From: Schizosaccharomyces osmophilus
Lineage: Eukaryota
Direction of reading: 5' to 3'
Length of the DNA: 64,000 nucleotides
Assembly: GCF_027921745.1 (NCBI RefSeq)
Contig: NC_079239.1
Coordinates: 1,984,001-2,048,000 of the forward strand
Of the stretch, positions 36,569 through 47,493 are shown in pieces. How positions within the stretch are numbered: position 1 is the stretch's first letter; the number at the start of each line of letters is the position of its first letter. The position numbers were made by a program, and so were the translations under genes. Under the pieces are notes generated by a model. That model did no database searches. It was given only the letters and a program-made list of their open reading frames with translations, and was not told the origin of the DNA.

Positions 36569-39500
36569 ATGTCGAATTCGTCTAAGGGAAATCCTCCCCA
36601 TATGTCGTTACCGTCTTTACCTACGACTCCTACACCATCTTCGAGAAGGACGATTGGCCCTAGAGCTCCAAAATCCACTCCAGTTCCTCCAGCCCATAAT
36701 TTGCCTTCTCTAAGCGTGTCAACTCCGACATTCCTAAATCCTGCATCCCGCCCAAAATCATATGTCTCGTCCCATGAGTTACCGAAAGAAAAAGAAGAAA
36801 ATCTCTCTACCTCAACTCGTCTACCCCATCTTAACTCTCCCTTTTCTATCCTTCAAGACAAGGAGTTGATTTCCTCTTCGTCATCTGAGAATCGTCAAGT
36901 TAGGAAAGTAGAAGAGAAACCTAATTTTTATAATCCTCCTGAAGTACAGAATTCCCCTCTGCTTTCGAGAACACCGATAGATTCAGCCAGTCTCCCCTCT
37001 ATAACTGACCAGGAACCGCTCCCTGTAAAGACATCATCTCCATCTTTGAATAGCTCGGCATCTACCAAAAGCTTACATGGCCCTCGTCAGCCTAATACTC
37101 TCAAAGGTATTTCAACACCTGAACAACTTCCTCCAATCCCACATCCCTACGAATCTTTACCTACTCCTCCCACGCATCTCGACTCAGCAAAACCGAAAAG
37201 AAGGAAGAATTACTCATTACCTCCTGTTGTCGAAGTACCTGAAATAACTAATGAGGTCTCACCAAAGTATTCAAACGATGCTAATGGGCAGGTGTACCGC
37301 TTGCGTAGTGCTCGATCAGGTAGCCCAAATTCAACAGCCTCAATCCAATTTGAAATCCCTAGTACTCGCCCTCCATCTTTAGACCAACTCTTGCACTTAT
37401 TTAATGATTTTTTAAGACACCCTATGTTCGATTTCGATGACCACGCCATTACAATACTACAAACTTGTACTCCAGATGAGAAGTGGAATTTTATAAGAGC
37501 AAGCTTCTCTGGATTCGATGATCCCGCCTTTCAAATTCCAGAATTAGCTGCTGTGCATCGCCCTGTTTCATGGTTTGTTCTTCAGTTATGGAACAAAACA
37601 ATAAGTAATTTGCAGTTAATTACACTTTCATCTTTGTTGACAACTCAGTCAAAGAGATGGGTGTCTTCATTTCTAGAACTGCAGGGTCTTCGTGCTATTC
37701 ACAATCTTCTTACGTATTTTAACTCATCCACTGTTGTACAATCTCAACAGGCTGAGTTGCTGCGTTGTGTTTTTCAGCTGATGAGGAAAAGAGCGACCCT
37801 CGCAACCTCAGATTCCTATATCTTTTCTTCTGTTACTCAGGCCTTAGGTTCGACGAACTTACTCCCTAGAAAAGTTACGGCTGACATTTTATCGTGGGCT
37901 TGTGATTTTAAAGAATCATCCGTTATTTCCACAATTGAAAATGGATTGAAAAGCTTAAACCCTTCAGACTTAGAAAGTCCTCCCTTATGCTATGGCTTAG
38001 TAACAACTTTCAAGAATACTGTTATTGAGAAGGAGATTTCTCGTACACCTCCGTCTTCTCCTTCGAAAGTCGCAATATCTAGCTCTCCTTCCAATATTGC
38101 ATTCTTAGAATATTGTACTTCAACGATGAATTTCATCAATAGTTATGTTTCTGTTTATGACGATTCATCTTCCGAGTTTAATGTCCTTGAATGCCTTCAA
38201 GACTCAAATATTCATGAAGTAATCCAGCATCTGCGGAATTTCCCTGACAAACAACTCGAGCGTCAACTTAATATATATGAAACCGAGGAAGAAAGGAGAA
38301 CCGAGTTGCTAACTCCACTAGAAGATGGTGATTCTTTTATATCACATGAATCCTCAATTCTCAGTAACTTAAACGAAGTAGCTAATAATGAACTCGGCTC
38401 TTTATTAGAATCAACGATTCAATCCGTCCTGCTCACGAAAGCCAATGAAAAAGAAAAACTAAAGCTTGTGAAGATATTTAATTCACTTCTGCAAAAGTTT
38501 TTACTGAACTCTAAAATATCTGAAAACACTTTTGAAGAAAGTTTGCAAGTCGCGATAAATTCTCTCACGAATAGGTTATATTCTGACGAAACGGCTCGAA
38601 ATGCTCTTCAAGAAGCGAAAGCTTCTCGTGCTATGGCGGAGAAAATGGTGATTGAAAGAGATGCAATGGCGGCACAGGTTAATTTAGGTGTCGAAGACTT
38701 GATTGAAAAACTGAAAAGTGAGCTGAATGATCAAAATGATGTTATTCTATCTCAAAAAAGAACAAACGAAACATTGAGGAAAGAAGTTGAGGATATGCAA
38801 AAATCGCATCTTGCCCAAATCCAACGAAGTGAGCTGGAGCTTCGAGAACTTTACCTCTTAATTAATCAGGAATCAAACAGTATTTGTTCCGCTGCAGAAA
38901 GAAATAAAATTGTCGGATATTTAGATGATAAATTAGAGCTTCGAAAAAAGGAGATTACAGCGGAATCTGTTTTTTGGTCTTCGGACGGCATCAGTGAAAA
39001 GCTAAAAAGTCTACGCGAGCAAATGAATAATTTGAGTGCCGAACATCGCTCTACTGGTTCTTCTATATTGCAAATTCCTGACAAAGATTTTGTTCGTCCT
39101 TTTCCTCGAGCTAAAGTACCTCGCATTAAGTCAATGCCTAATAGACGCTCAGCTTCCGAAAGCTTTTCTCGCTTCCTTATCCATGAAAATATACAAACAG
39201 AAAAACCCAATCTTCCTTTATTGAGTAGCGCTGGAACGGCGCATGAGAACTCTAAAGGTTTTCCTGATCCAAAGCCTGAAGCGTCTTTAGACGGTGATTC
39301 AACTTTATATGTTTCCGATAATGAACAGATTGAAGGAAGGAAACAGGAGGACTTTAATGAAGAGAATAAGTCAGCAAAGCCTCCCAAGGGAAAACCTTTA
39401 CTGCCTGCACCACCACCTCCACCGCCTTTGCCTGTAAAAACATCCACGGACTCATTCTTACCACCTGTATCTGCAGCAGAAACCAATAAACACACAGCGC

Positions 39501-42028
39501 CTCTTGCTCCCGGGTTACCCCCTCCACCTCCTCCACCTCCTCCAATGCTCAGCTGTTCTGGTGCTAAATTTTTGAACACACATGAACGCAATGAAATATC
39601 TGATTTCAGTGAACCTAATAGTATGGAACGACCAAAACGTCGTCTGAAACAGATGCATTGGGAAAAATTGGATTCGGGCTTAGAGTACACTTTCTGGTCA
39701 GTCACTTCTCGACAATCGAATTCCCTTTTTGAAAAGCTCAAGAACACAGGCACGTTTGAGCAAATTGAAGAAAACTTTGCGATGAAAGAAGCAAAGCCTT
39801 TACAGAAGAAGGGGGCGCAAAGAACAGAATATATGTCTAGTGACCTTCAGAAGCTTTTCGGAATTCATTTTCACAAGTTGGCACATAAAAATCCAGATGA
39901 AATTATTCGAATGGTATTACATTGTGATGAAAGCATCGCCGAAGCTACCGAATTTTTAGGTAGCGAAAAAATTATGAATCAGGTTAAGCTCAAAGCTGAT
40001 CTTGAACCATACCGTATTGATTGGACAAATGGAGGCGAACCCGTAAATGCTGAAAAAGATTCATCTGAGTTAAGCCGTTGGGATTATTTGTATTTGCGAC
40101 TCATCATAGACCTTCAGAATTACTGGGGACGACGGATAAATGCTCTTAAAATTAAATATACCATTGATACTAATTACGAAACGCTTGTTCGTCAAGCAAA
40201 ACTAATTGGAAGAGCTGCATTAATTCTTCGTGATAATGATATGTTTAAGGACTTGATGCAACTGATTCTTTGCCTTGGTAATTTCATGAATGATTATATT
40301 CGTCAAGCACGTGGATTTTCGCTTAATTCACTTCAACGACTTCCATTGATAAAGAATTCATCGAATACTCAGAGTTTATTACACGTCCTTGAAATGATTG
40401 TTCGCAAAAATTTTCCTTCTATAGAAGTATTTCTCACAGACCTTTCTGTCGTGATAGAAGCTGCAAAACTTAACATCGAAACAATTGAACAAGAGTGTAC
40501 AGAGCTCATACGAGGATGCCAGAATGTACAACTTGATTGCGACTCTGGTGTTCTTTCCGACCCTACATCCTTCCATCCTGATGACAAGATCTTGACTGTA
40601 ATTATTCCTTGGCTTAATGAAGGAGTGAAAAAAATGGATTTTCTAAAGGAGCATTTAAGAACAATGAACACGACGTTAAATAATGCCATGAGGTATTTTG
40701 GCGAACAACCTAGTGACCCAAATGCACGAAATGTCTTTTTTAAGAAAATCAGCTCTTTTATTGCCGAGTATAAGAGAGCTAAAGCCGAGAACCTGAAGGT
40801 AGAGGAGGAGAACTCTCAAAAAGACAAGGTCTATGTTAAAAAAGGAAAATCAAAGGTGCTGGAACTTGCTGTTTCAGAGAAGGATGCTAGCGAGAGTCGA
40901 GAAATGGATACTTTCTTGAATAAACTACGAGATTTCAAGCTCGACGGACATAATCGACTTCGTCGTCGTTTACCCACGAATGATAACATGGAAAAGTCTG
41001 AATCTTCGAGCATGAGAAACGCCGTTAAAAATCAGCTTTCTATCCCCAAACGAGGCTTACAAAAGGTTGAATCGAACACTGGGTCACCCAGGCTTCCAAA
41101 AACATGGGGAAAGACCATGGAGAAGGATCGGAGAGTTAAATCTCAAGGCCAGAATAAACAATCAAAACATCATTTTAAGAAAAAGCAATCTAGAAGGATT
41201 GTTTCCGATACCACTGCTGTAGGTGAACAACATTCGGCAGGTAAAGAGAATTTTAGTCAAGCACCAACTAAAAAAGGTGCAACTTCAACAAAATTCACGT
41301 CTGCCACGAAAGCAGGTAAGAATAATGTAAATCGAAGAAGAAGAAGAAAATCTAGTAAAAAATTTGCGGACAATAATAAGGACAAGGATGTCTCGATTGA
41401 ATCCAATAATTCCTTGGAAAATAAGCCGACAAATGGAGAGTTCGACGATAAACAAAATATCAATAACGATCACAAACGGCCCATAAAAAATGTTTTTGAA
41501 AATGATAAGAACATTGGTCAATCCAGCTTTATTAGGAAGTTATCTGAAAGTTCAGACAATACCGAAACAGCTCCTGTCATTCCAACGCACCAGAACCGCT
41601 TTGCGGAATATGGTACTACTTCCTTTAGCACACCAGAGAAAGGCAGACATGAAACACCAGATATCAACACCATGTTACGTCAAAGCAGTAATCGTGGAAG
41701 TGCTCGTCGCCGTGTGTTGGATCAGATGAATACCCCATTGGCCCATAAAAGCTTCAATCAAAATGGTTTAAGTGAGCTAGAATTGGAGACACCTAGCAAG
41801 TCCAGCTATACGGAAAGATTGGAAGCTCTAAAATCTGAGTCGTTTCAGAATTCAAAACGGGTTCATCATTTAGAAAGTGCAAGGCCTGAACCCCCATCAC
41901 CTGCATCACCTCTTTCGTCTGTGCCTGTTACTCCTAGTCCAAGTAGGTCGAAACGAGCGCATGAAATGCTTGCAGGCCTTTTGTCTGGCAGGCTGGCTTC
42001 TAAGGATAATCTTGACGTTGAAAAGTAA
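36569..42028 (+). CDS. cdc12: Cytokinetic formin, 1819 aa
   Basis: FH3-like region, two poly-Pro FH1 tracts, FH2 domain (RLKQMHWEKL, LGNFMN, ARGFSL) and a long basic C-terminal tail. Confidence 0.95.
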   Translation: MSNSSKGNPPHMSLPSLPTTPTPSSRRTIGPRAPKSTPVPPAHNLPSLSVSTPTFLNPASRPKSYVSSHELPKEKEENLSTSTRLPHLNSPFSILQDKELISSSSSENRQVRKVEEKPNFYNPPEVQNSPLLSRTPIDSASLPSITDQEPLPVKTSSPSLNSSASTKSLHGPRQPNTLKGISTPEQLPPIPHPYESLPTPPTHLDSAKPKRRKNYSLPPVVEVPEITNEVSPKYSNDANGQVYRLRSARSGSPNSTASIQFEIPSTRPPSLDQLLHLFNDFLRHPMFDFDDHAITILQTCTPDEKWNFIRASFSGFDDPAFQIPELAAVHRPVSWFVLQLWNKTISNLQLITLSSLLTTQSKRWVSSFLELQGLRAIHNLLTYFNSSTVVQSQQAELLRCVFQLMRKRATLATSDSYIFSSVTQALGSTNLLPRKVTADILSWACDFKESSVISTIENGLKSLNPSDLESPPLCYGLVTTFKNTVIEKEISRTPPSSPSKVAISSSPSNIAFLEYCTSTMNFINSYVSVYDDSSSEFNVLECLQDSNIHEVIQHLRNFPDKQLERQLNIYETEEERRTELLTPLEDGDSFISHESSILSNLNEVANNELGSLLESTIQSVLLTKANEKEKLKLVKIFNSLLQKFLLNSKISENTFEESLQVAINSLTNRLYSDETARNALQEAKASRAMAEKMVIERDAMAAQVNLGVEDLIEKLKSELNDQNDVILSQKRTNETLRKEVEDMQKSHLAQIQRSELELRELYLLINQESNSICSAAERNKIVGYLDDKLELRKKEITAESVFWSSDGISEKLKSLREQMNNLSAEHRSTGSSILQIPDKDFVRPFPRAKVPRIKSMPNRRSASESFSRFLIHENIQTEKPNLPLLSSAGTAHENSKGFPDPKPEASLDGDSTLYVSDNEQIEGRKQEDFNEENKSAKPPKGKPLLPAPPPPPPLPVKTSTDSFLPPVSAAETNKHTAPLAPGLPPPPPPPPPMLSCSGAKFLNTHERNEISDFSEPNSMERPKRRLKQMHWEKLDSGLEYTFWSVTSRQSNSLFEKLKNTGTFEQIEENFAMKEAKPLQKKGAQRTEYMSSDLQKLFGIHFHKLAHKNPDEIIRMVLHCDESIAEATEFLGSEKIMNQVKLKADLEPYRIDWTNGGEPVNAEKDSSELSRWDYLYLRLIIDLQNYWGRRINALKIKYTIDTNYETLVRQAKLIGRAALILRDNDMFKDLMQLILCLGNFMNDYIRQARGFSLNSLQRLPLIKNSSNTQSLLHVLEMIVRKNFPSIEVFLTDLSVVIEAAKLNIETIEQECTELIRGCQNVQLDCDSGVLSDPTSFHPDDKILTVIIPWLNEGVKKMDFLKEHLRTMNTTLNNAMRYFGEQPSDPNARNVFFKKISSFIAEYKRAKAENLKVEEENSQKDKVYVKKGKSKVLELAVSEKDASESREMDTFLNKLRDFKLDGHNRLRRRLPTNDNMEKSESSSMRNAVKNQLSIPKRGLQKVESNTGSPRLPKTWGKTMEKDRRVKSQGQNKQSKHHFKKKQSRRIVSDTTAVGEQHSAGKENFSQAPTKKGATSTKFTSATKAGKNNVNRRRRRKSSKKFADNNKDKDVSIESNNSLENKPTNGEFDDKQNINNDHKRPIKNVFENDKNIGQSSFIRKLSESSDNTETAPVIPTHQNRFAEYGTTSFSTPEKGRHETPDINTMLRQSSNRGSARRRVLDQMNTPLAHKSFNQNGLSELELETPSKSSYTERLEALKSESFQNSKRVHHLESARPEPPSPASPLSSVPVTPSPSRSKRAHEMLAGLLSGRLASKDNLDVEK

Positions 42029-43045
42029 AACAGCAACTTTCTTTTTAATATGATTCACCGATCGGTAATGGTGAATTCATTTTTGTATATTTTTTTGATA
42101 TCTATTTTTGTTCTTCTAAGGATTCCCTTTAATTTTTGCAAATCGATTAATAAGCACAATTTTGTATATACCTTTTATTTTTCTTTTCTTTTCCTTTTGA
42201 TCTTATTATTTATGCGTTTGATCAATCTAGTATCTGAAGGTGCATAAGTCTGGAATCATTCAATGAAGAACACAGGTAATGATTATTGCAGCATTTTTAC
42301 TTTGCATATTCATGTTTAAACTTGGAACAAATATAATGAAAAGCTACAAGTCCTAGCTTTGGATGATTCAAGTGGTATCCCTTTAGGCAATCTTTTACTT
42401 TGTATAACTACTACCTTTTTGCATATAAAGCATAGAAATATATATAATTTCTGTTTTAATTTTATGTACAATCAAGTTTAGTATCTAGCTTGTTCAGCCT
42501 GCTATTTGATAAACATTTTTATACGCACTGGATGCTTTTGTATAACCATAAAATACTTGGAGGAACGAAATGATCATATTGCTCTTTACTTTCTTGTAAT
42601 TTTTTAACATACGTGATAATGGATAGCACATAGAGCTTACCCAATTTGCGACAATAGTATAAATGCATCGTATGAATGCCAATGAGTCCGTACAACCTCC
42701 ACGACATAAGCCACAAAGAAGAGCAAGAATAGTTCAGCAATTGTTTCTAGTCGATTTGAATTCGATACTTGCTTCTCTAAACATGTTTATTTCAAAGAAA
42801 CTCCATAAAATAATATAATTGTATATTTTTGTAATTCGCCAATACATGACTTATGATTCACCAATGCTGAATTCTCATTTGACAATTGACCTCTTGGGGA
42901 GTAATAACTACCACCACTACCAAAGGCTTTAGAAATTCATTTTTAACAGAGGCTACCCTTTTCTTTGAGTAATTTCTGGATTTAGGGATTGTTTCGGTGT
43001 TCTTATTTGCTACTTCTTTAGTCAAGCAGGAATCGTTGCTATACA

Positions 43046-44484
43046 ATGGATGAATCTCGAAATATAATCATTGTCGGAGGTAAGACGAAAGGATGAGGGA
43101 ACAGAAGGAAATGAAGGAAATGATGCTTGAGGTACACACTCATAATTTCCACGCACGCACAAAAGAATAAGAAAACAACGAAATTTCGGTTGCGTTGGCG
43201 AAGTCTCAAGAGTGTATGAACTAAATTTCGTAAAAGACACGTTTTGTTCAAACTTTTACAGCCTTAAGGGATACAGTATTTTGTAATCTGTATGATGTTG
43301 TTATACTTCTGCACTTTTCCTCCCTTTTTGTATAATAATGTGTGTACTTTTATTAACGTCCTTGCTCAGGTGGTGTTACAGGCACCAGTTGCTTGTATTT
43401 TCTTGTGAATCATCCTAATTTCAACAGAGAACGTGATACAATAACTCTGTTTGAAAGTTCTGGGATTGCCTCAGCGGCCTCTGGCAAGGCTTCCGGCTTT
43501 CTCTCGTTAGAATGGCACGGACCTTCCACCAGCTCATTAGCTGCTCTCTCTTACAACCTCCACAGACAGCTTGCCAATGAGCACGATGGTCATAGAAAAT
43601 GGGGATACCGTGCTCTAGATACCTGGTCTATTAAGGCAGACGAAAATTGTACTCATCCTGACAAGTTGTCGCCTGAAATTGAGTGGATTGAGCCTTCCAT
43701 AGTAGAAAAGGTAACTCGTCTTGGTAACAAAAAAAATTCAGCACAAGTACACCCTTACAAATTTTGCCATTCCATCTTTGAGGAGGCTAGCAAAGTAGCC
43801 AACGTTAATCTCGTGAAAGGTCATGTCATCAGCGTTGATGAAAACGAAGTTGAATATCGTTTAATCGGCGACGATTATGCACCTGATGAAGACGAAGAGA
43901 TTACTTCTGTTGAAGAACTTCATACTATACATTCTATGGAAGCGTCTCATGTCATCGTTGCAGCGGGTCCTTGGACTCCACATCTTATTCCTAACCTACG
44001 CATTTGTGGTGCTCGCATCCACAGTATCACGGTCGATCTTCCTATGAGACTTAATGGAAATGCAGTTTTTTCTGAAATTGCTTATGCGGACGGAACCGTT
44101 GGTGCTCCTGAATTTTACGCTCGTGAGGATGAGTTGTATGTCTGCGGTGAATTTGATGACGAACCTTTGCCCGAGCTATCTTCGGAAACAAGGGTGGATC
44201 AGGGAAGATGTCAGGCTATTAAGGAATGTGCTGACCATTTTCATCCTGTCATTCGTGACTCCAATGTGAAAGTGCGCCAAGCTTGTTATTTGCCCATTTC
44301 GAATGCAACAGGTGCTCCTGTGATAGGAAAGATTGGATCTTCCATTTACGTGGCAGCTGCTCATGGTTGTTGGGGTATCACTTTAGGTCCTGGTACCGGA
44401 AAGGTTCTTTCGGAAATGGTTTTGGATGGGAAAGTTACAAGCGCCAACATTGATCTCTTAGATCCTGAGGGCTCTTTCGTTTAA
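43046..44484 (+). CDS. FAD-dependent oxidoreductase of the DAO family (Tda3/Btn3-like). Exons 43046-43079 and 43370-44484; 382 aa
   Basis: Exon 1 (MDESRNIIIVG-G|GTAAGA) completes the Rossmann motif GGGVTG after TTAAC..CAG. Also ASGKASGFL, AQVHP, AAGPWT, QACYLP and AHGCWGITLGPGTG. Confidence 0.9.
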
Positions 44485-45171
44485 ATTTATCGCATCGTTT
44501 GTTCTTTCTCGTGTTATCCTGGTTCTATGATCATATATTCCCGCATTACTTTTGGTCTTGTAAATACAGTACCCTCGAGAGCACCCCTTTTTCTCGCCCG
44601 TTATGATGATCCCTTTTTTACAACTCTCCTTTCTCCTTGAAGCAGGTTGAATTGATGCGCGATTATTGATTTATTTTACTTATTTACTGTATTATAACGG
44701 TGAATATTCAGGATATTTACCTAATAATTTTGGGTGTAAGGTTATTCTGTTTTTTTGCTATTCGGTTTTCCCTTATTCACAAAGTAACGAAAATTACTAG
44801 AATTATACAACTAATTTTTGAGTCTCCTGCTGACAACATTAAGAGCGTCAAATCGCTACTATGTTAGGTAAAAAGTCTTTCATTAATGCTATCCTTATAT
44901 AATCTTTAAATTAATAAAAAGGCATCGACGTATGCCAGGTATAAATTATATTGAATGTATTCATCTTTTGGTCTTATTTTTCATGTAGCTTACAGTACTT
45001 TGGTTATATAAGCTACGATTGTTTATTTTTGTTGCCTTGGGTTACTTAATTTACAACTCAAACTAGCCAAACTAGCAGATACAACTTCATTATAAATATT
45101 ACGATTTTATTATCCATTAGTCACATACAGTGGATAGCTAAAAACGGACATTAATAAAGAAGCATATTTTC

Positions 45172-46653
45172 TTACAACTCATTGTATGCTTCTTCCTCTC
45201 CACTCCCCTTAGAAGTTTCTTTTGTTTCATTGGCGTCTTCAGCTTTAGTTTCAGAAGTAGACTTAAAAGAGGAATGCTTTTCGATAAAAGATAACAAGTC
45301 ATCCAAGCTACGATTACCTTCGTAAAAGAGAGGATTCTTCTTATCGTTAGCCTTAAAGAGCATAATAGTAGGGAAACCAGAAATAGAAACGTCAAGATCA
45401 TTCTCAGTCGCGTCAACTTTAGCTACTACCACATTTTTGTTGTCGGCATATTCTTCAGCCAAAGACTCAAAAGTAGGAGCAAGATTCTTGCAATGTCCAC
45501 ACCAGGGGGCGTAAAATTCAACGAGAACATCCTTAGTGGAGTCCATTACTACCTGATTATAATTATCGGCGACGACCACAGTCAAATCGCCTTGTGATTC
45601 GGGGACAGGTTGACTCTTAATCTTAGGTTGGAGTTTTCCATCAGAATATTCCTTGACGAACTTATCCATATTCTTGCTAGTCAAGTCAGAAGTAGGGTAA
45701 GGGAACTTGAGGAACTTGTCCAAATGAGTAATAACAAAAGCAGGCCAGTTGGACTCAATGTTCATTTGCTTAGCAACGGCACCATAGCGCAAAGCATCCA
45801 AAAAGGCAAAACGAACGGTGTCTTGGTATTGCTTAGCAATAGGTTGAAACACGTTGTATAATTCATCACGAGATTCGGTACTGTTGTAAAAAATAATACC
45901 CAAGGGAAGTCCGCTGCTATGATATCTCTGAAAAGTCATTTGGTTTAATTCGTCCAACAAAGGGATACTGGAAAAGCCCAAAAAGTCAGCAATGTCTCCC
46001 TTTTGCCATTGGCCCTCGTAGACTATCTTGTTAGTGTCTTGTGCTGGATCCTTAGTGAAGGCAACGATTCCGGGGAAAGGGACTTCCAAAGATTTGGCCA
46101 AGTTCTTATCAGAAGAAGCAGCAAAAGCGAAACTATCCTGTAAGTTGTCAGCGACATCAGTGTAAGTAGCGTTATGCTTTTCATCATCAAAGAATGCAAT
46201 GACGGCCAAGTCTTCGCTGGTTTCGGTAAAAGTCTCAACATTATCCTTGGTAACACTCTGGACAACAGGTTGGAGTTGCTTCTTCATGTATTTAACAAGA
46301 GCATCATGGCGACGAGGACCAGAATATTGATTGCTGACGTCTCCGTTTTTGAATACTGTAAGGGTAGGATAACCGCGGATGTTGTATTCATTACAAAGAT
46401 CAGCCTCCTCTGTACAATCAACCTCGATCATAGAGATATTGTCTTTCTCTAACTCTTCGGCAGCCGATTCGTACTCGGGGGCCAATGCTTTACAATGACC
46501 ACACCAAGGAGCATAAAATTTAGTCATAAATAGGGCATCAGCACTCAATAATTCTTGCAATCCTGCTTTATTTACTTTAGGAACGTCTGCTGAGCTAGTG
46601 TAAAATCCGCCAGCCAAGGCAAGAAAAGCCGCAAAAAATTTGGTAATATGCAT
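45172..46653 (-). CDS. pdi1: Protein disulfide isomerase, 493 aa
   Basis: Signal peptide, two APWCGHCK thioredoxin sites, a-b-b'-a' layout and C-terminal YNEL. Confidence 0.96.
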   Translation of the reverse strand: MHITKFFAAFLALAGGFYTSSADVPKVNKAGLQELLSADALFMTKFYAPWCGHCKALAPEYESAAEELEKDNISMIEVDCTEEADLCNEYNIRGYPTLTVFKNGDVSNQYSGPRRHDALVKYMKKQLQPVVQSVTKDNVETFTETSEDLAVIAFFDDEKHNATYTDVADNLQDSFAFAASSDKNLAKSLEVPFPGIVAFTKDPAQDTNKIVYEGQWQKGDIADFLGFSSIPLLDELNQMTFQRYHSSGLPLGIIFYNSTESRDELYNVFQPIAKQYQDTVRFAFLDALRYGAVAKQMNIESNWPAFVITHLDKFLKFPYPTSDLTSKNMDKFVKEYSDGKLQPKIKSQPVPESQGDLTVVVADNYNQVVMDSTKDVLVEFYAPWCGHCKNLAPTFESLAEEYADNKNVVVAKVDATENDLDVSISGFPTIMLFKANDKKNPLFYEGNRSLDDLLSFIEKHSSFKSTSETKAEDANETKETSKGSGEEEAYNEL

Positions 46654-47493
46654 ATTCTATAGATTGTTTTGTTCGCAACGATGGCCTTAACCAATACTAA
46701 TTATGCAAGTAGTTGGTTAAATCTATGTCGGTCTATGAGACTCGGCTCCATATAATACGCTCTATGCATTGCCCCCACTCAGTATAGTGAAATTGTGCGC
46801 AATTGCTTCCTACACTTTACGTTTGTATTAAGAGAGTTACTTTGACTCCTTAAGTATCATAAGAGCTTTTTCTTTGTAGTTCACTAAACCTCAAATCTTT
46901 TGAATTGGCACCCTTTCACAATGTAGTTACGATCATTCATTTTCTCGTGTGTAGACCGAAATGAAACAAGAAAATTTACAATCTTATTCTGTTCATTTAG
47001 TCTTTTCTGCATGGAGAGAGTTTTCGGTTGTTCAACTCATATTTCATTTTAACCAGCTACAAGGTAATTTTTCAGACTGAAATAACAGAAACAGCGAATT
47101 ATCAAGAAAGAAGTTGAAGTAAAAAGTTGTGTAAAAAAATTTTAAAAGGTCATTACGATGTCCTGTTTGAAACACGAATGTCAGAAACAATTTTTAAATC
47201 ATAGGCTATAGTAGTGAGCTTGATGCCTTTTGCATATTAACTGGCAAACAGCATTCTAAACCAAATTAGAGATATAATATTAGCTTGTAAACTATATGCA
47301 TATCATATGGAGCTGGGCATAATCATTTGTACATGCAAATTTAACACGTAACTGCTTATATGCAAAAAATAAATTCACATTTTAATGGATAAATTTTGTC
47401 ATTATAAAGTCGTCGATAAAATAAGAGTTTGAGTTAAATATATTCCCTTTTTCTCTTTGAATAAAAAAAGATATCCAAGCTGAAAAGAAATTG

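Noticed and set aside
38866..39753. 295-aa antisense ORF with poly-Gly tracts inside cdc12
   Set aside because: It is the reverse-complement shadow of the FH1 poly-Pro codons and has no independent signal.
42494..42740. Short minus-strand ORFs with a GTAAGC donor-like site downstream of cdc12
   Set aside because: I could not build a consistent exon chain or a recognisable protein.
43080..43369. TPP riboswitch or C/D snoRNA in the long oxidoreductase intron
   Set aside because: It has no CTGAGA/TGAT aptamer core and no convincing C box and D box pair.
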